Below, piece after piece: positions 8,524 to 18,375 of a DNA stretch of 32,000 nucleotides. A model generated the notes under the pieces. It worked only from the letters and a program-made list of their open reading frames with translations. It had not been told where the DNA came from and made no database searches. The DNA is from Dinoroseobacter phage vB_DshS_R26L. The translations under genes and the position numbers were made by a program. Where the stretch lies: sequence record PP882867.1. One strand, written 5' to 3'. Each line of letters begins with the position of its first letter. Positions within the stretch are counted from its first letter, which is position 1.

Positions 8524-8787
8524 TCAATAGTCCTTGCCGGGTAGCAGAAGCTTGCCCGTTGCGCCGCCGGTCGGGTTGGTGATCACCTCGGGCCGTTCCA
8601 TCTGCGTGATCAGCGCGACCTCGTAGTCGATGATCTCATACTCCTGCCGCGGGTTCGCGTTCACCGCGGTGACGAAGCGGGCGGCACCTTCCGCGCCACC
8701 GTCGAGTTCGACGATGTCCGCCTCTTCGATCCCGGCCTTCGGCGTGCCCGCCTTGTACCGCTTGACGATCCGGATCTTGTTACCCAT
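8524..8787 (-). CDS. hypothetical protein, 87 aa
   Basis: ORF track; start MGNKIRIVKRYK at 8787, overlapping the dCMP deaminase stop. Confidence 0.55.
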   Translation of the reverse strand: MGNKIRIVKRYKAGTPKAGIEEADIVELDGGAEGAARFVTAVNANPRQEYEIIDYEVALITQMERPEVITNPTGGATGKLLLPGKDY

Positions 8788-9226
8788 TGAGGTCCTCCAT
8801 GAAAGTGATGGGCACACCGGCCTCCTCGGCCATCGTGCGCGTGATCTTGAAGGAGTCGCAGAAGCGTTCCGCGAGTCCTGGTTCGGGTCGATGCGTGAGC
8901 ACACCGCGAACGCCTGCCTGGATCAGCAGGCCCATGCAGTCAGCGCACGGGTGGTGCGTCACGTAGGCGAGTGTCCCCTTCGTCGATCCCACGGCGTTCA
9001 GGATCGCATTGGCTTCCGCGTGCACCACCATCGGGTACTTGATCGAGCGGTCAGCGTAGCGATCCGCGCCGTCTGCGACGCCGCGCGGGAAGCCGTTGTA
9101 ACCCATGCCGACGACTTGGCGCGTGTCGTTGACCAGGACGCAGCCGACCTTCGTGCTCGGGTCCTTCGACCACTGCGCGACGTGTGCGGCCAGGTCGAGA
9201 AAGCGCAGGTGCCACTTGCCGCTCAT
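8780..9226 (-). CDS. deoxycytidylate (dCMP) deaminase family protein
   Basis: VVHAEANAILNAVG and THHPCADCMGLLIQAGV (HAE...PCxxC zinc motif). Confidence 0.88.
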   Translation of the reverse strand: MSGKWHLRFLDLAAHVAQWSKDPSTKVGCVLVNDTRQVVGMGYNGFPRGVADGADRYADRSIKYPMVVHAEANAILNAVGSTKGTLAYVTHHPCADCMGLLIQAGVRGVLTHRPEPGLAERFCDSFKITRTMAEEAGVPITFMEDLNG

Positions 9227-10143
9227 TTGTCCGCCCTCTTCTTGATGCGCGTCAACCGCAGCATGATGTCCCCGATCTTGTTGCGCTCGTCGCAGGGCGT
9301 CGAGAACTCGTCCAGGACGATCAGGCCGGGATTGAGCGACCCGCCGAGGACCGCCGTCAGGTAGTAGTGGTAGACGGTCATGCGAACGCTCTCGGGATTC
9401 TCGTTCTTGAGCTCCGAGCACATGGCCGCGGCGTCCTTGAGGGTCCACGGTTTCGACAGCATGCGAGCGAGGTCGATTGCTTCCTTCGACCCGGGCGCAC
9501 GGCTGAGCGCGGCAGCGGCTTCGGACGCGTTCTTCGCGTGCATCGTCGCAGTGAGGTTGACCAAGGCCTGACGCGGCGAGCCCGCGGCCTCCTCGGCGCA
9601 GATGTCGAGGATGTCTTCCGAGATGTCGAGGCCCTCGGCTTTCGCGACGCGGTCGAGCAACTGCATCAGCGCGCGGTAGGGCACGTCGCGGAGGGTGTGG
9701 GTCACGCAGCGCGTCCGGATCGTCTTGAGGATCTTCTCGGGTTCGGTCGTGCAGAAGAACCAGTAGACGCCCGCGGGCGGCTCTTCGATGTCTTTCAGGA
9801 GCGACTCCCACGCCTGCTTGCTGAGGCGGTGACACTCGTCCACGATGAACGCCTTGCCTCCGCCGCTGAGCGACATGAAGTTCGCCTTCTCGGCGATCTG
9901 GCGCATGGCATCGACGCCCGTGTGGGTCGCTGCGTCGATCTCGATCACGTCGGTTGCACCGAGCTGGCTTGCGCAGAGACGCGCAAGAGTGGTCTTTCCG
10001 GTACCACTGGGCCCCTCGAACAGGAATGCCTGTTGTGTGCCCGCAGCGAGCTGTGCTGTGAGCGCGTCTTTGACGTGCCCCTGACCCACGACCTCGTCGA
10101 GCGTCGTTGGGCGGTACTTAGTGTGCAAGGTTGCGCCAGTCAT
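9223..10143 (-). CDS. DnaX-like clamp-loader AAA+ ATPase
   Basis: KYRPTTLDEVVGQGHVKDAL, FEGPSGTGKTTLARL, AFIVDECHRLSKQAWESLLKDIEEPP, TTEPEKILKTIRTRC. Confidence 0.88.
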   Translation of the reverse strand: MTGATLHTKYRPTTLDEVVGQGHVKDALTAQLAAGTQQAFLFEGPSGTGKTTLARLCASQLGATDVIEIDAATHTGVDAMRQIAEKANFMSLSGGGKAFIVDECHRLSKQAWESLLKDIEEPPAGVYWFFCTTEPEKILKTIRTRCVTHTLRDVPYRALMQLLDRVAKAEGLDISEDILDICAEEAAGSPRQALVNLTATMHAKNASEAAAALSRAPGSKEAIDLARMLSKPWTLKDAAAMCSELKNENPESVRMTVYHYYLTAVLGGSLNPGLIVLDEFSTPCDERNKIGDIMLRLTRIKKRADK

Positions 10144-10360
10144 CGGCCTTCCTCCATTCTCCGTTGATCCATTGGCGAACTGTTACATCACCATGCTCAT
10201 TCAGCGCAACGACGTACTGAGATAGTTTCCACAATACCCAGTTGCGCTTCTGCTTCGGCGCGAACACTCGCGCCTGCGGTTCGCCGTTCAGATCGACCTC
10301 GAAGACCCAATCGGGTGCTCCGGGGTCGTCCGTCGAGTCGAGTTGCTCGTGTCCGCTCAC
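10118..10360 (-). CDS. hypothetical protein, 80 aa
   Basis: ORF track; overlaps neighbours. Confidence 0.5.
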   Translation of the reverse strand: MSGHEQLDSTDDPGAPDWVFEVDLNGEPQARVFAPKQKRNWVLWKLSQYVVALNEHGDVTVRQWINGEWRKADDWRNLAH

Positions 10361-12378
10361 TTTGCCTCGTCCCAGTTCTTGCCCATCGTACCGTCCGCCA
10401 AGATGGGGATGTCCAGGTCGAGCGTGGTTTCCATGATGTGGCGCATCTCGTTGAAGGCGTCGTGACCTTCCTTGGCATCAGGTACCGACGAGTTGAACTC
10501 GTCGTGGACGGTGAGGTGCGGCACGAGAACGTCGAAGATGCCCGAGTCCCACATCTCGACCATTGCCTTCTTCATCAGGTCAGCGGCAGAGCCTTGCAGA
10601 AGCGCATTGAGCGCCTTGTGGGTGAACGCGCGACGCGGACGACCGCGCACGTTGTTCTCGGTGCAGAACTTGTCCAGGTCAGCGGTATCGACGTAGGAGG
10701 TCTCCACGTCGCCGTTCTTGAGCAGGTGCTTGACCTCCCAGGTCTCGAAGCGACGCTTGCGCCCCATGATGGTGCGGATGAAGCCGCGACCCGCTGCTGC
10801 GTTCGAGCAGCGATCCAGCATCCCGCGCATGAAAGGCGCGTTCTCCTGGAACTGCGCCATGATCGCCTTCGCCTCGTCGATGGACACGCCCAAGTCGGCT
10901 GCGAGCTTCGGAACACCCATCCCGTAGACGACGCCGAAGTTGACGTTCTTCGCTTGCTTGCGCGGAACGCCCGTGATCTCGGATGCCATCGTGTGGAAGT
11001 CGGTCTTCGCGTCGGTGCGGTACATCTTGACCGCTTCGGACGCGTCGATGCCTTTCGTCTGCGAGGCGTAGTGAACGAGCAGGCGGTACTCGATCTGCGA
11101 CCAGTCGAGCGAGCCCCAGAGCATCCCTTCTTCCGGGATGAACATGGAGCGCATGAGCGGGCCCAGGACGGGGTGACGCGCGGGGATGTTCTGCAGGTTC
11201 GGGTTGCTCGACGAGAAGCGGCCTGACACCGTGCCCGACTCGTCGCTCTTGAGCTGGTTGAACATGCAGTGAAGGCGCCCGTTGATGTGGCCCTGCCTGA
11301 TGTAGGAGTCGATGAACGTGCCGGCGATCTTGTCGTTCTCGCGTGCCTGGATGATCATCTTGGCGAGTTCGTGATCGCACGCCTTGAGCCATTCCTTGCG
11401 GAACGACGGCTTGCCGGTGGCGGTCTTCTCGTACTCGATGCCCAGGTTGTCGAACGCGACCGCGATGGTCTCTGGTGACCAGATGTCCACGCGTGCCTGA
11501 GCCATCTCGTTTAAACGCGCCTCGATCTCGGCCTGCTCGGCTTTGAGCGCCTCGTAGGACTCGTCTGCCTTCGGGATGTCCACGCGAACGCCTCGGTACC
11601 GCATCTCGAGCAGGAGTGGCGTCAGTGCGGATTCCATGTGGAACAGATCGGTCAGGCCGTCCGCTTCGAGGAGGCGCTGCTGCTTGTCCATGATCTCCCA
11701 CGGCAACCCAACGTCGCCTGCGCCATAGACGGCTGCGTGCGCAGGGTGAACCAGGTGCATGTTCTCGATGTAGCCGCCACCATAAAGGCGCCGCAGGTCC
11801 TCGTCGGTTTTCGTCTTGCCCAGGTGATCCTGAGCCAGCGCACCGAGCTTGTAGGTCATGCGGTTCTCGTCGAGCAGCGGCTCGGCAATCTGCACGTCCC
11901 GGAACTTCGCCTTCTTGAAGACGATGCCGTGCCGCGTGCGCAACCAGTCGAGGTCGTACTGGAGGTTGGCGCCGACGATCTCGCCTTCGAAGTCAGCGGC
12001 CTCAGAGGCGAGGCGCTTGTAGAACTTGTCCGGGTCCTCGACGTTCGGTCCCACCTCGTGCGCAGTCGGGTAGTAGGCCGCGTCCGTCTGGGAGTAGCCG
12101 ATTGCGACGCCGACGACCTTGCCTTCCCAGTCGCCTTCAGGCGTGCGACGATGGGCGCCCGGCCCGAGTTCACCGATGCGCGGGTCCAGGCCTTCGATGT
12201 CCAAACCGATGCGCTTGCGTCCGGTGATCGAACGGTATTCCGGCGGCGCGTAGTCAGCCGGGATCTCGCGCGTCGCGCCTGACGCGTCAAAGGCCTTCTT
12301 GGCTTGCGCAGGCGACCGCGGCTCGGGTTGCTTCAGCTTGGGCGCGATGATCAGTTCGCCGTTGTTGAGTCCTACCAT
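10357..12378 (-). CDS. polA: DNA polymerase family A with 3'-5' exonuclease domain, 673 aa
   Basis: Exo: GLDIEGLD, NLQYDLDWL, YGAGDVGL. Pol: SLDWSQIEYRLL (A), KQAKNVNFGVVYGMG (B), HLTVHDEF (C). Confidence 0.95.
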   Translation of the reverse strand: MVGLNNGELIIAPKLKQPEPRSPAQAKKAFDASGATREIPADYAPPEYRSITGRKRIGLDIEGLDPRIGELGPGAHRRTPEGDWEGKVVGVAIGYSQTDAAYYPTAHEVGPNVEDPDKFYKRLASEAADFEGEIVGANLQYDLDWLRTRHGIVFKKAKFRDVQIAEPLLDENRMTYKLGALAQDHLGKTKTDEDLRRLYGGGYIENMHLVHPAHAAVYGAGDVGLPWEIMDKQQRLLEADGLTDLFHMESALTPLLLEMRYRGVRVDIPKADESYEALKAEQAEIEARLNEMAQARVDIWSPETIAVAFDNLGIEYEKTATGKPSFRKEWLKACDHELAKMIIQARENDKIAGTFIDSYIRQGHINGRLHCMFNQLKSDESGTVSGRFSSSNPNLQNIPARHPVLGPLMRSMFIPEEGMLWGSLDWSQIEYRLLVHYASQTKGIDASEAVKMYRTDAKTDFHTMASEITGVPRKQAKNVNFGVVYGMGVPKLAADLGVSIDEAKAIMAQFQENAPFMRGMLDRCSNAAAGRGFIRTIMGRKRRFETWEVKHLLKNGDVETSYVDTADLDKFCTENNVRGRPRRAFTHKALNALLQGSAADLMKKAMVEMWDSGIFDVLVPHLTVHDEFNSSVPDAKEGHDAFNEMRHIMETTLDLDIPILADGTMGKNWDEAK
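11508..11517. repeat. GTTTAAAC palindrome copy (CGTTTAAACG)
   Basis: Exact match; inside polA. Confidence 0.8.
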
Positions 12379-13196
12379 TATGCCATCCCAGCGTAGAGGT
12401 GCGTCTGCAGTTGGAAGCGCAGGCCGTTCGCGACGGCATAGCGAGCGGTGTACTCGTGGTTGCGCTGGTTCATGTCGAGATCGAGCAGGCCGGGTTCCCA
12501 GAACGAGATGACCTCCTCGACGGTCGAGCGTTGCTCGATGGTCGTCTGGTTGCTCGTGCGCATCACCTTCGCCTTCTCGGGCTCTCGCGCGTAGACGTTC
12601 ATAGGCGAGACGAAGACGTCCTTGCCCGTGTCACGTTTCCAGTCGAGCGCCCAGGACGGGACGACCGAGTAGGGCGAGTCGAGGTCGGCGGACATCACGA
12701 ACTTGAGGCAGTCAGCGCGCTCGAGGGTCTCAGGCCGCGGGCGCAGGTACTTGGTCGCGACGTTGCCCTTCTCCGCGCACTTGGGCGACACCACGAGCGT
12801 CGTGGACGCCGGGATCGGCAGCGGGAAGATGCCATTCGACTCGATCTGCATGGCTCGCCACTCACCCGCCTGCGATTCCAGGAACGGGACGAGCGCCTTC
12901 TGGAGCATCGGTTCGCCGCCCGTGATCACCAGGACGTACTCGTCCATGGACAGGGGCGTCTGCCAGACGGCCTCCTGCAACGTGGTCGCGAGTTCGTCGA
13001 GCGTGAACCAGTCACCGCCGTCGAAGTAGGTGTCGCAGAAGGAGCACGCGAGGTTGCACTTCGCGAGGCGCACGAAGACAGCGGGAAGGCCCGAGTATGG
13101 GCCCTCCCCTTGCAACGTCACGAAGTAGGAGGTGACCAGGAGACGGTCGTCGTCCTGGAAGTTCCTCTTTCCCACGATCTCGTTGTGACCGAACAT
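12378..13196 (-). CDS. queE: 7-carboxy-7-deazaguanine synthase (QueE), radical SAM
   Basis: TLQGEGPYSGLPAVFVRLAKCNLACSFCDT (CxxxCxxC), LVITGGEPMLQ. Confidence 0.9.
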   Translation of the reverse strand: MFGHNEIVGKRNFQDDDRLLVTSYFVTLQGEGPYSGLPAVFVRLAKCNLACSFCDTYFDGGDWFTLDELATTLQEAVWQTPLSMDEYVLVITGGEPMLQKALVPFLESQAGEWRAMQIESNGIFPLPIPASTTLVVSPKCAEKGNVATKYLRPRPETLERADCLKFVMSADLDSPYSVVPSWALDWKRDTGKDVFVSPMNVYAREPEKAKVMRTSNQTTIEQRSTVEEVISFWEPGLLDLDMNQRNHEYTARYAVANGLRFQLQTHLYAGMA

Positions 13197-13556
13197 TCAG
13201 GCCACCTTCGCGCCAGAGTACCACCGGCCCGCTTCCTTCCGGGCCTGCTCGCGCTGCATCTGCTTCCAGCGCTTCTTCGGGATCGCGTAGTTGTCCATGA
13301 CGTGGTAGACGCGCCCGTGCTTGTCGCGCGCCATGACCGGCTTGCCTTCCTTCGTGTAGGCGGGGCTCGACATGCCCGGAACGAGCACGAGTTCCTGCTT
13401 GCAGCCGTTCAGGACGCTGACCGGGATGCCTTTCGGCGCGGGCTTGATCTCGTGGATGCCCATGCCCGCGAGGATCTTGCCCATCGCGCCCGGGACGGGG
13501 CCTTCCGGATCGGGAGTGCCCAGGATCTTGTTCATCAGAGTGTTGAAGATGCTCAC
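13197..13556 (-). CDS. hypothetical protein, about 119 aa
   Basis: ORF track; probable GTG start at 13556 (GTGAGCATCTTCAACACT) rather than 13586. Confidence 0.5.
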   Translation of the reverse strand: MSIFNTLMNKILGTPDPEGPVPGAMGKILAGMGIHEIKPAPKGIPVSVLNGCKQELVLVPGMSSPAYTKEGKPVMARDKHGRVYHVMDNYAIPKKRWKQMQREQARKEAGRWYSGAKVA

Positions 13557-13569
13557 CGTTGAGTTCCTT

Positions 13570-14523
13570 TCAGGTTCTGCCTGCAATGAGGCCTTTGGAT
13601 CCGCGTGCCGTGATGAACGGGACGGGATTGGGGAAGCGGTCGAACGCGATGCGGTCGGCGCGCGTGATCACGGTGGACAGCGCGCGGGCCTCGAACGTGG
13701 CCTCCTCGCTTTCACCGAGATTGGTTACCGCGGGTTCGTTGTGGTCGGTGACCTTCCGACCCGCGTAGATGTGTTCCGGGCGGACGACGACGTAGTCCTC
13801 CGACCAGTCTCCCGCGCGGAGGATGGCGTTGCGGTACGCGTCGTCAACCTTCACGAGGCCGTCCCAGTCGTCGATTGACTGCAGGAGCATGACGGCCTGG
13901 TCAGGCATCTCCATGGACATCTTCGCCGCGAGCGCCCAGGCGCCATCGTCGAAGTCGAGCAGCAGGCCGCGGTCGCACACCGCCCACGCCTTCAGAGACG
14001 CGCGTCTGAGGCGGATGTAGGACAGCGCGGCCCGTGACAGGGTGACGCCCTCGAACCCCGAGTCAGCGCCGAGCTCTGCCTGGATCAGCATGATCGAATT
14101 GGTCGCCGTCACCGTCGTGCCGTCGAACCGCGCCCCTTGCGACCAGGGACGCGCGGGGTTTCCTTCGGTGAACGGATAGATCTCGTCGATCACAGCAAGG
14201 AGGTCGTCCACGTCACCGATCTCGTTGGTGTCGATCTCGGGACGCTTCAGCGGGACGCGGTCGGCCGAACGCGGAACGCGCGTCTTCCCGTTGAGCATGA
14301 GGGACTTCTCGGTCACCTTCACCTTCGGGTCCTCATACTGGCGCAACGCGAAGTCGAGGTCGATGAAGGAGACGTTGAAGTCGGGCAGGTCGCACGGTTG
14401 CGAGACGATCAGGTTCTTGTTGAACGCCTCGAACCGGCCACCAACCACGCCCACCGTCGCTTCGTCGGACAGGACGCCCGCTGCATCGCAGGCCGGTCGC
14501 ACAAGAGAAAACACATTCCGCAT
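13570..14523 (-). CDS. hypothetical 317-aa protein; possible divergent sliding clamp
   Basis: ORF track; size and beta-rich appearance plus proximity to clamp loader and polymerase. No decisive motif. Confidence 0.6.
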   Translation of the reverse strand: MRNVFSLVRPACDAAGVLSDEATVGVVGGRFEAFNKNLIVSQPCDLPDFNVSFIDLDFALRQYEDPKVKVTEKSLMLNGKTRVPRSADRVPLKRPEIDTNEIGDVDDLLAVIDEIYPFTEGNPARPWSQGARFDGTTVTATNSIMLIQAELGADSGFEGVTLSRAALSYIRLRRASLKAWAVCDRGLLLDFDDGAWALAAKMSMEMPDQAVMLLQSIDDWDGLVKVDDAYRNAILRAGDWSEDYVVVRPEHIYAGRKVTDHNEPAVTNLGESEEATFEARALSTVITRADRIAFDRFPNPVPFITARGSKGLIAGRT

Positions 14524-14528
14524 CGCCG

Positions 14529-15185
14529 TTACTCCTTGGGCCAGTTCTCGGGCAGTTGCCAGAGCGGGTGGCCGTCAAACCGCGGGTCGCCTTCCGCGAT
14601 CTTGTCTTCGATTGCCCACAACACCTCCGCACAGGCTTGGACGTCGACCATCGCGTCGTGAGCACCTTCGAACCCAGTGGGATCGACGAGCGCGCGGTAG
14701 GACTCGTCCAGCGTCGGAAACTTGTAGCCGTACTTGCCAGGCAGCTTTAGCACGGGTTCGAGCGTCTTCATAGTGCAGAACTTGGGAGTATCCCAATAAT
14801 CCCGCTGAGGTGCCGCGACGCGCGAGTAGTTCGAGCGAGTGATTGGGTCGTCGAACTGGATGTTGTGCGCGACGATGCGGTCGGCGACCTTCACCATCTG
14901 GTTGAACTCGGCCAGGCCCGTCTTGAGCTGGCGCCCGACTGCATCGACGGTCTCTTGCGTGATGCCCGAGTCGATGAAGAACTTCTCGGTCGGGATCGTC
15001 GCGGTCGAGCCGTTGAACTCGAGCGGCTGCACGAAGCAGGACAGGTGCGCGACGGGACGGCGACCCCAGAACAGGATTGCGGCAATCTGCGTGATCGCGG
15101 GCTCCGACGACAGCGGGGGATTGCGCTCCTTCTGCCGCTTGCCATTGGTCTCGGTGTCGAAGACGAGCGTCCGGATGTCAGTCAT
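14529..15185 (-). CDS. DnaQ-like 3'-5' exonuclease, 218 aa
   Basis: TLVFDTETNG (exo I), VAHNIQFDDP (exo II), GAHDAMVDVQACAEV (exo III). Confidence 0.85.
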   Translation of the reverse strand: MTDIRTLVFDTETNGKRQKERNPPLSSEPAITQIAAILFWGRRPVAHLSCFVQPLEFNGSTATIPTEKFFIDSGITQETVDAVGRQLKTGLAEFNQMVKVADRIVAHNIQFDDPITRSNYSRVAAPQRDYWDTPKFCTMKTLEPVLKLPGKYGYKFPTLDESYRALVDPTGFEGAHDAMVDVQACAEVLWAIEDKIAEGDPRFDGHPLWQLPENWPKE

Positions 15186-15606
15186 GGGAACCCTCCTTGT
15201 GGTTCACGGCGACGTCTTCACCGACGACGCGCCAGTCGTCCCACTCGCGCAGCTCGTTCTTGTCGCGCTTCGCGGTGATCATCTTGAGGGCGCATTCCGC
15301 GACGTAGTCAGCGGTGGGTTCACCGAACCGCGCGATGATGCGGTCGCCCTTGTGCGCGATTGCCTCGTGGGCGAACGGCTCGAACTGCTTGCGCAGCGCC
15401 TCGCGCACAGCACGCAGGAGGCCGTCCTGGGACAGGAGGACGACGTCCACCCACTCTTCGGCACGCGCCTCGGCGGTGTCGCACGCTGCGATTTCTTCGA
15501 GCTCCTGCTCGATGTGATCGACGACGCCCTTGCGACGTTCGCCGGGCCCGAACGCAAGCCGCCCGAAGGTGACCTGACGCGCGAGGAACTGGAGATGATC
15601 AGACAT
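15178..15606 (-). CDS. MazG-like/DUF550 nucleotide pyrophosphohydrolase-like protein
   Basis: FGPGERRKGVVDHIEQELEEIAACDTAEARAEEWVDVVLLSQDGLLRA. Confidence 0.7.
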   Translation of the reverse strand: MSDHLQFLARQVTFGRLAFGPGERRKGVVDHIEQELEEIAACDTAEARAEEWVDVVLLSQDGLLRAVREALRKQFEPFAHEAIAHKGDRIIARFGEPTADYVAECALKMITAKRDKNELREWDDWRVVGEDVAVNHKEGSHD

Positions 15607-16810
15607 AGTAGGTGAGCCTTTCCTCTGCTCGTGTGAAGACGGTGTAGAGCCATTTCTGGCGCTGTGATCGGTCGTTGGCGCGCATCTTGTCGTCCGCGAC
15701 GACGACGTGGTTCCACTGCGAGCCCTGCGACTTGTGGCCAGTGATGCAGTAGCCGTAGTCGAACTGCTGGATCCCGTCGCCTTTCGGGTAGTGCGTGCGC
15801 TCGCCATAGTTCTCCTGGAAGAAGCCCGGGTCGCAGATGACGCCGCCCATCTCCCGACCATCGTACTCGATGTCCAGGTAGATGATGTTGCCGCGCTTCG
15901 TGCCTTCGCGCAGCGCCTTGCACGTCACGCCGTTGAGCACGCCCTTCTCGTGGTCGTTGCGCCGGCAGATCAGTTTGTCGTTGGCGAGCGGATACATCTG
16001 CTCGAACCCGATGTACTTCCGCATGGCGCGCGTGATGCGATGCCGGGACGCGTTCATTCCGGTGATGACTTGGTCGGCGCCCACGATCACGTCCATGTCC
16101 CAGTCGCTCTTGCGGAGGATCTTCACCAGGCCGTCGCCCAGCTCACCGAACTTGACGGAACGCCCGTGCCGCACTTCGTTGGCAAGCCAGATGATCGGGC
16201 TGTCCGCGGCCTGCCGGTGGATCTCCTCGAGCACGAAGTCGTAGTCGTTCGGGCCCAGGTGAGGCTTGCCCTTGACGGGCGGGAGCTGTCCAGGGTCGCC
16301 GAGATACAGGACAGGGATGCCGTAGGACTCGAGGTCGGTGCCCATGCGACGGTCGACCATGGAGCTCTCGTCGATGATCACGAGGTCCGCTTCTTGGATC
16401 TCGCACTCCTTCTTGCGCTCGAACACCGCCGACGAGTCAGCCGTCTTCTTCTCGAGTTCGCGCCGCCAGGTGAACAGCTTCTGCTCGTCAGGATCCTTCT
16501 TGAGCGCCTCGCTCTGGATCAGCCCCTGGAGCTCTTCGATCTCCGTCTCGCCGACTGAGCCCTTGGGCTGGTAGATCAGCTTGTGGATCGTCGTCGCGTT
16601 CGGGCACCCCTTCGCACGGAGGACGGACGCCGCCTTCCCAGTGAACGCGCCGAACTTGACCTCGCCACCGTGATTTTCCGCGATGTGACGCGCGAGCGTG
16701 GTCTTACCGGTACCAGCATACCCGCCGAGGGAGAACCGCGGCGTGTCGCCTCGTTTCAGCCACTCGTCGATTGCCTTCAAGGCGCGGTCTTGATCAGGCG
16801 ACCATTCCAT
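15599..16810 (-). CDS. SF1B (RecD/Dda-like) helicase, 403 aa
   Basis: GYAGTGKTTLARHIA, ADLVIIDESSMVD, LYLGDPGQLPPV, GYCITGHKSQGSQWNHVVV, YTVFTRAEERL. Likely start MEWSPDQ at 16810. Confidence 0.88.
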   Translation of the reverse strand: MEWSPDQDRALKAIDEWLKRGDTPRFSLGGYAGTGKTTLARHIAENHGGEVKFGAFTGKAASVLRAKGCPNATTIHKLIYQPKGSVGETEIEELQGLIQSEALKKDPDEQKLFTWRRELEKKTADSSAVFERKKECEIQEADLVIIDESSMVDRRMGTDLESYGIPVLYLGDPGQLPPVKGKPHLGPNDYDFVLEEIHRQAADSPIIWLANEVRHGRSVKFGELGDGLVKILRKSDWDMDVIVGADQVITGMNASRHRITRAMRKYIGFEQMYPLANDKLICRRNDHEKGVLNGVTCKALREGTKRGNIIYLDIEYDGREMGGVICDPGFFQENYGERTHYPKGDGIQQFDYGYCITGHKSQGSQWNHVVVADDKMRANDRSQRQKWLYTVFTRAEERLTYYV

Positions 16811-18111
16811 CAGAGATCTCCCAGCAGGTACTGCTGGCCTTTGTCCTTCTCGGACGACTTCGCCCATTCAGCGAACGCCACGAACTCGGCCATGCAGATC
16901 AGGTTGCGCACGCGGGAGTCCCACATGCACACTTCGAACGGGAAGCCCAAGGCCTCGACACGTCCACGGATATAGGCCCGGTGCGGCTCAGACAGCTCGA
17001 AGTAGGCCTTGGTGTCGTCGTTGTAGTGACCGCCGACGAGCGGGAAGTCGTCAGGAGCAACGCCTGCCTGTTTAAACAAGGCAGCGACCTCCGCGCGTGT
17101 CTCGCCGCCTCGGACGCCGAGTTCGAGCGCGGTCACGGGTTCGCCGTCGCGCGTGCGCACGACAGCGGCCGTCTCGTAGTCGACGTTCTCGAACGAGACG
17201 AAGTAGTTCATGTAGTGCGGATCCTTCTTCTTGCCGAACGAGTGATGCTCGTCGTGGAAGATGTCGATCATGCCATAGCCGCCGTGCTGAACCCACGCGG
17301 CGGAGTCGCCCGAGTACCAAGGCACGGTGCGCACCATCTTGTTCCCCGTCGTCGCGAGGCCGTGGGTCATGATGTGGGGCCACCGCTTCTTGAGCTCCGA
17401 GTGAGCGTCACGCGACCAGACGACACGATGCGATTCCGCGAGGTCGTTGCGCGGCGAGACGCAGATGTAGTTCGACTTGCCATCGACCTGCTCGACGCAC
17501 TCGCGCAGACGGTCGACGTCTTCGCCTTGGTGGTAGACGGGCAGGATGATGTCCCCGAACTCCTTGACCAGGATCTCGAAGTTGATGTCCGACACCTCGA
17601 CCGCGCGCTTGAGTTCGTCGGGCGTCGGGTCGCGGCCTTTCTCGCCCGGGATCACGTCGAGGTTGATGCCCCAGATCTCGTCGAACATATCGCCCGCGGC
17701 TTCGATGAACTTCGAGTACTTGCGCCGAACGTCGTCGACCGTCGTCGTCTCGCCTTTGTTCCACGCGGTGAACGCGCCCGAGTCGAGCAGGATCGCCTTG
17801 GGATACGGACGGCCTTTGAGGCGCTGGCACACGTGCTCGAGCACCTCAGCGGTGTCCCAGTCGACCTCGCGGCCATAGTCGGCCTGCTGGGCGCGTCGCT
17901 TGATGTCTCGCGCCTTGATCAGGTCAATGTGCTGCGGGTATGCACGCAGGTACTCGTCTGCGTCGAGGATGCCCTTGCGCAGATCGGTGACCCAGCGAAG
18001 CACCTGCTTCTCATACTCGCCGTGCATCGAGAACAGGCGGTGCGTGTTGAGGCGGTTCTCGACCGTCTGGTACGGGTCGTTCCGCGGCGTGCCGGACATA
18101 TAGAGGTGCAT
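16810..18111 (-). CDS. dpdA: DpdA-like tRNA-guanine-transglycosylase homologue (7-deazaguanine insertion into DNA), 433 aa
   Basis: AILLDSGAFTAWNKG, INLDVIPG, IILPVYHQGED, YICVSPRNDL, THGLATTG, AAWVQHGGYG. Adjacent to queF/folE/queC. Confidence 0.8.
   Translation of the reverse strand: MHLYMSGTPRNDPYQTVENRLNTHRLFSMHGEYEKQVLRWVTDLRKGILDADEYLRAYPQHIDLIKARDIKRRAQQADYGREVDWDTAEVLEHVCQRLKGRPYPKAILLDSGAFTAWNKGETTTVDDVRRKYSKFIEAAGDMFDEIWGINLDVIPGEKGRDPTPDELKRAVEVSDINFEILVKEFGDIILPVYHQGEDVDRLRECVEQVDGKSNYICVSPRNDLAESHRVVWSRDAHSELKKRWPHIMTHGLATTGNKMVRTVPWYSGDSAAWVQHGGYGMIDIFHDEHHSFGKKKDPHYMNYFVSFENVDYETAAVVRTRDGEPVTALELGVRGGETRAEVAALFKQAGVAPDDFPLVGGHYNDDTKAYFELSEPHRAYIRGRVEALGFPFEVCMWDSRVRNLICMAEFVAFAEWAKSSEKDKGQQYLLGDL
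17069..17078. repeat. GTTTAAAC palindrome copy (TGTTTAAACA)
   Basis: Exact match; inside the dpdA-like gene. Confidence 0.8.
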
Positions 18112-18305
18112 CAGCCAGCGACCTCGTCCACGACCTCGTTGAGCTCCTGCAACACGACAGGAAGCGGGCGCATCGCGCTGGGCGAGTTCGCGTTGCGAGC
18201 GTGGAACGCTGCTTCGACGATGCGCAAGGCGCGGTTGTCGGTGTTGGTCAGCTTGAGGTCGTCGAGGACGTTCTGCTGGGTGCTGGTGAGGGGATAAGCC
18301 ATCAT
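18111..18305 (-). CDS. hypothetical protein, 64 aa
   Basis: ORF track; TAACGGAG upstream; stop overlaps the dpdA start. Confidence 0.5.
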   Translation of the reverse strand: MMAYPLTSTQQNVLDDLKLTNTDNRALRIVEAAFHARNANSPSAMRPLPVVLQELNEVVDEVAG

Positions 18306-18340
18306 CTGTCTCCGTTAATAGGGTAGTGGAATACTAGCGG

Positions 18341-18375
18341 TGGAGCTGCCCGCCTTCAAGCACGAAAGCGGGCAG
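18341..18375 (-). promoter_or_regulatory. stem-loop between queF and the ORF upstream of dpdA
   Basis: Perfect 8-bp inverted repeat CTGCCCGC (18346-18353) / GCGGGCAG (18368-18375), just after the queF stop. Confidence 0.5.

Noticed and set aside
16771-18297. Plus-strand ORF of 508 aa
   Set aside because: Antisense to the dpdA-like gene; no motif support.
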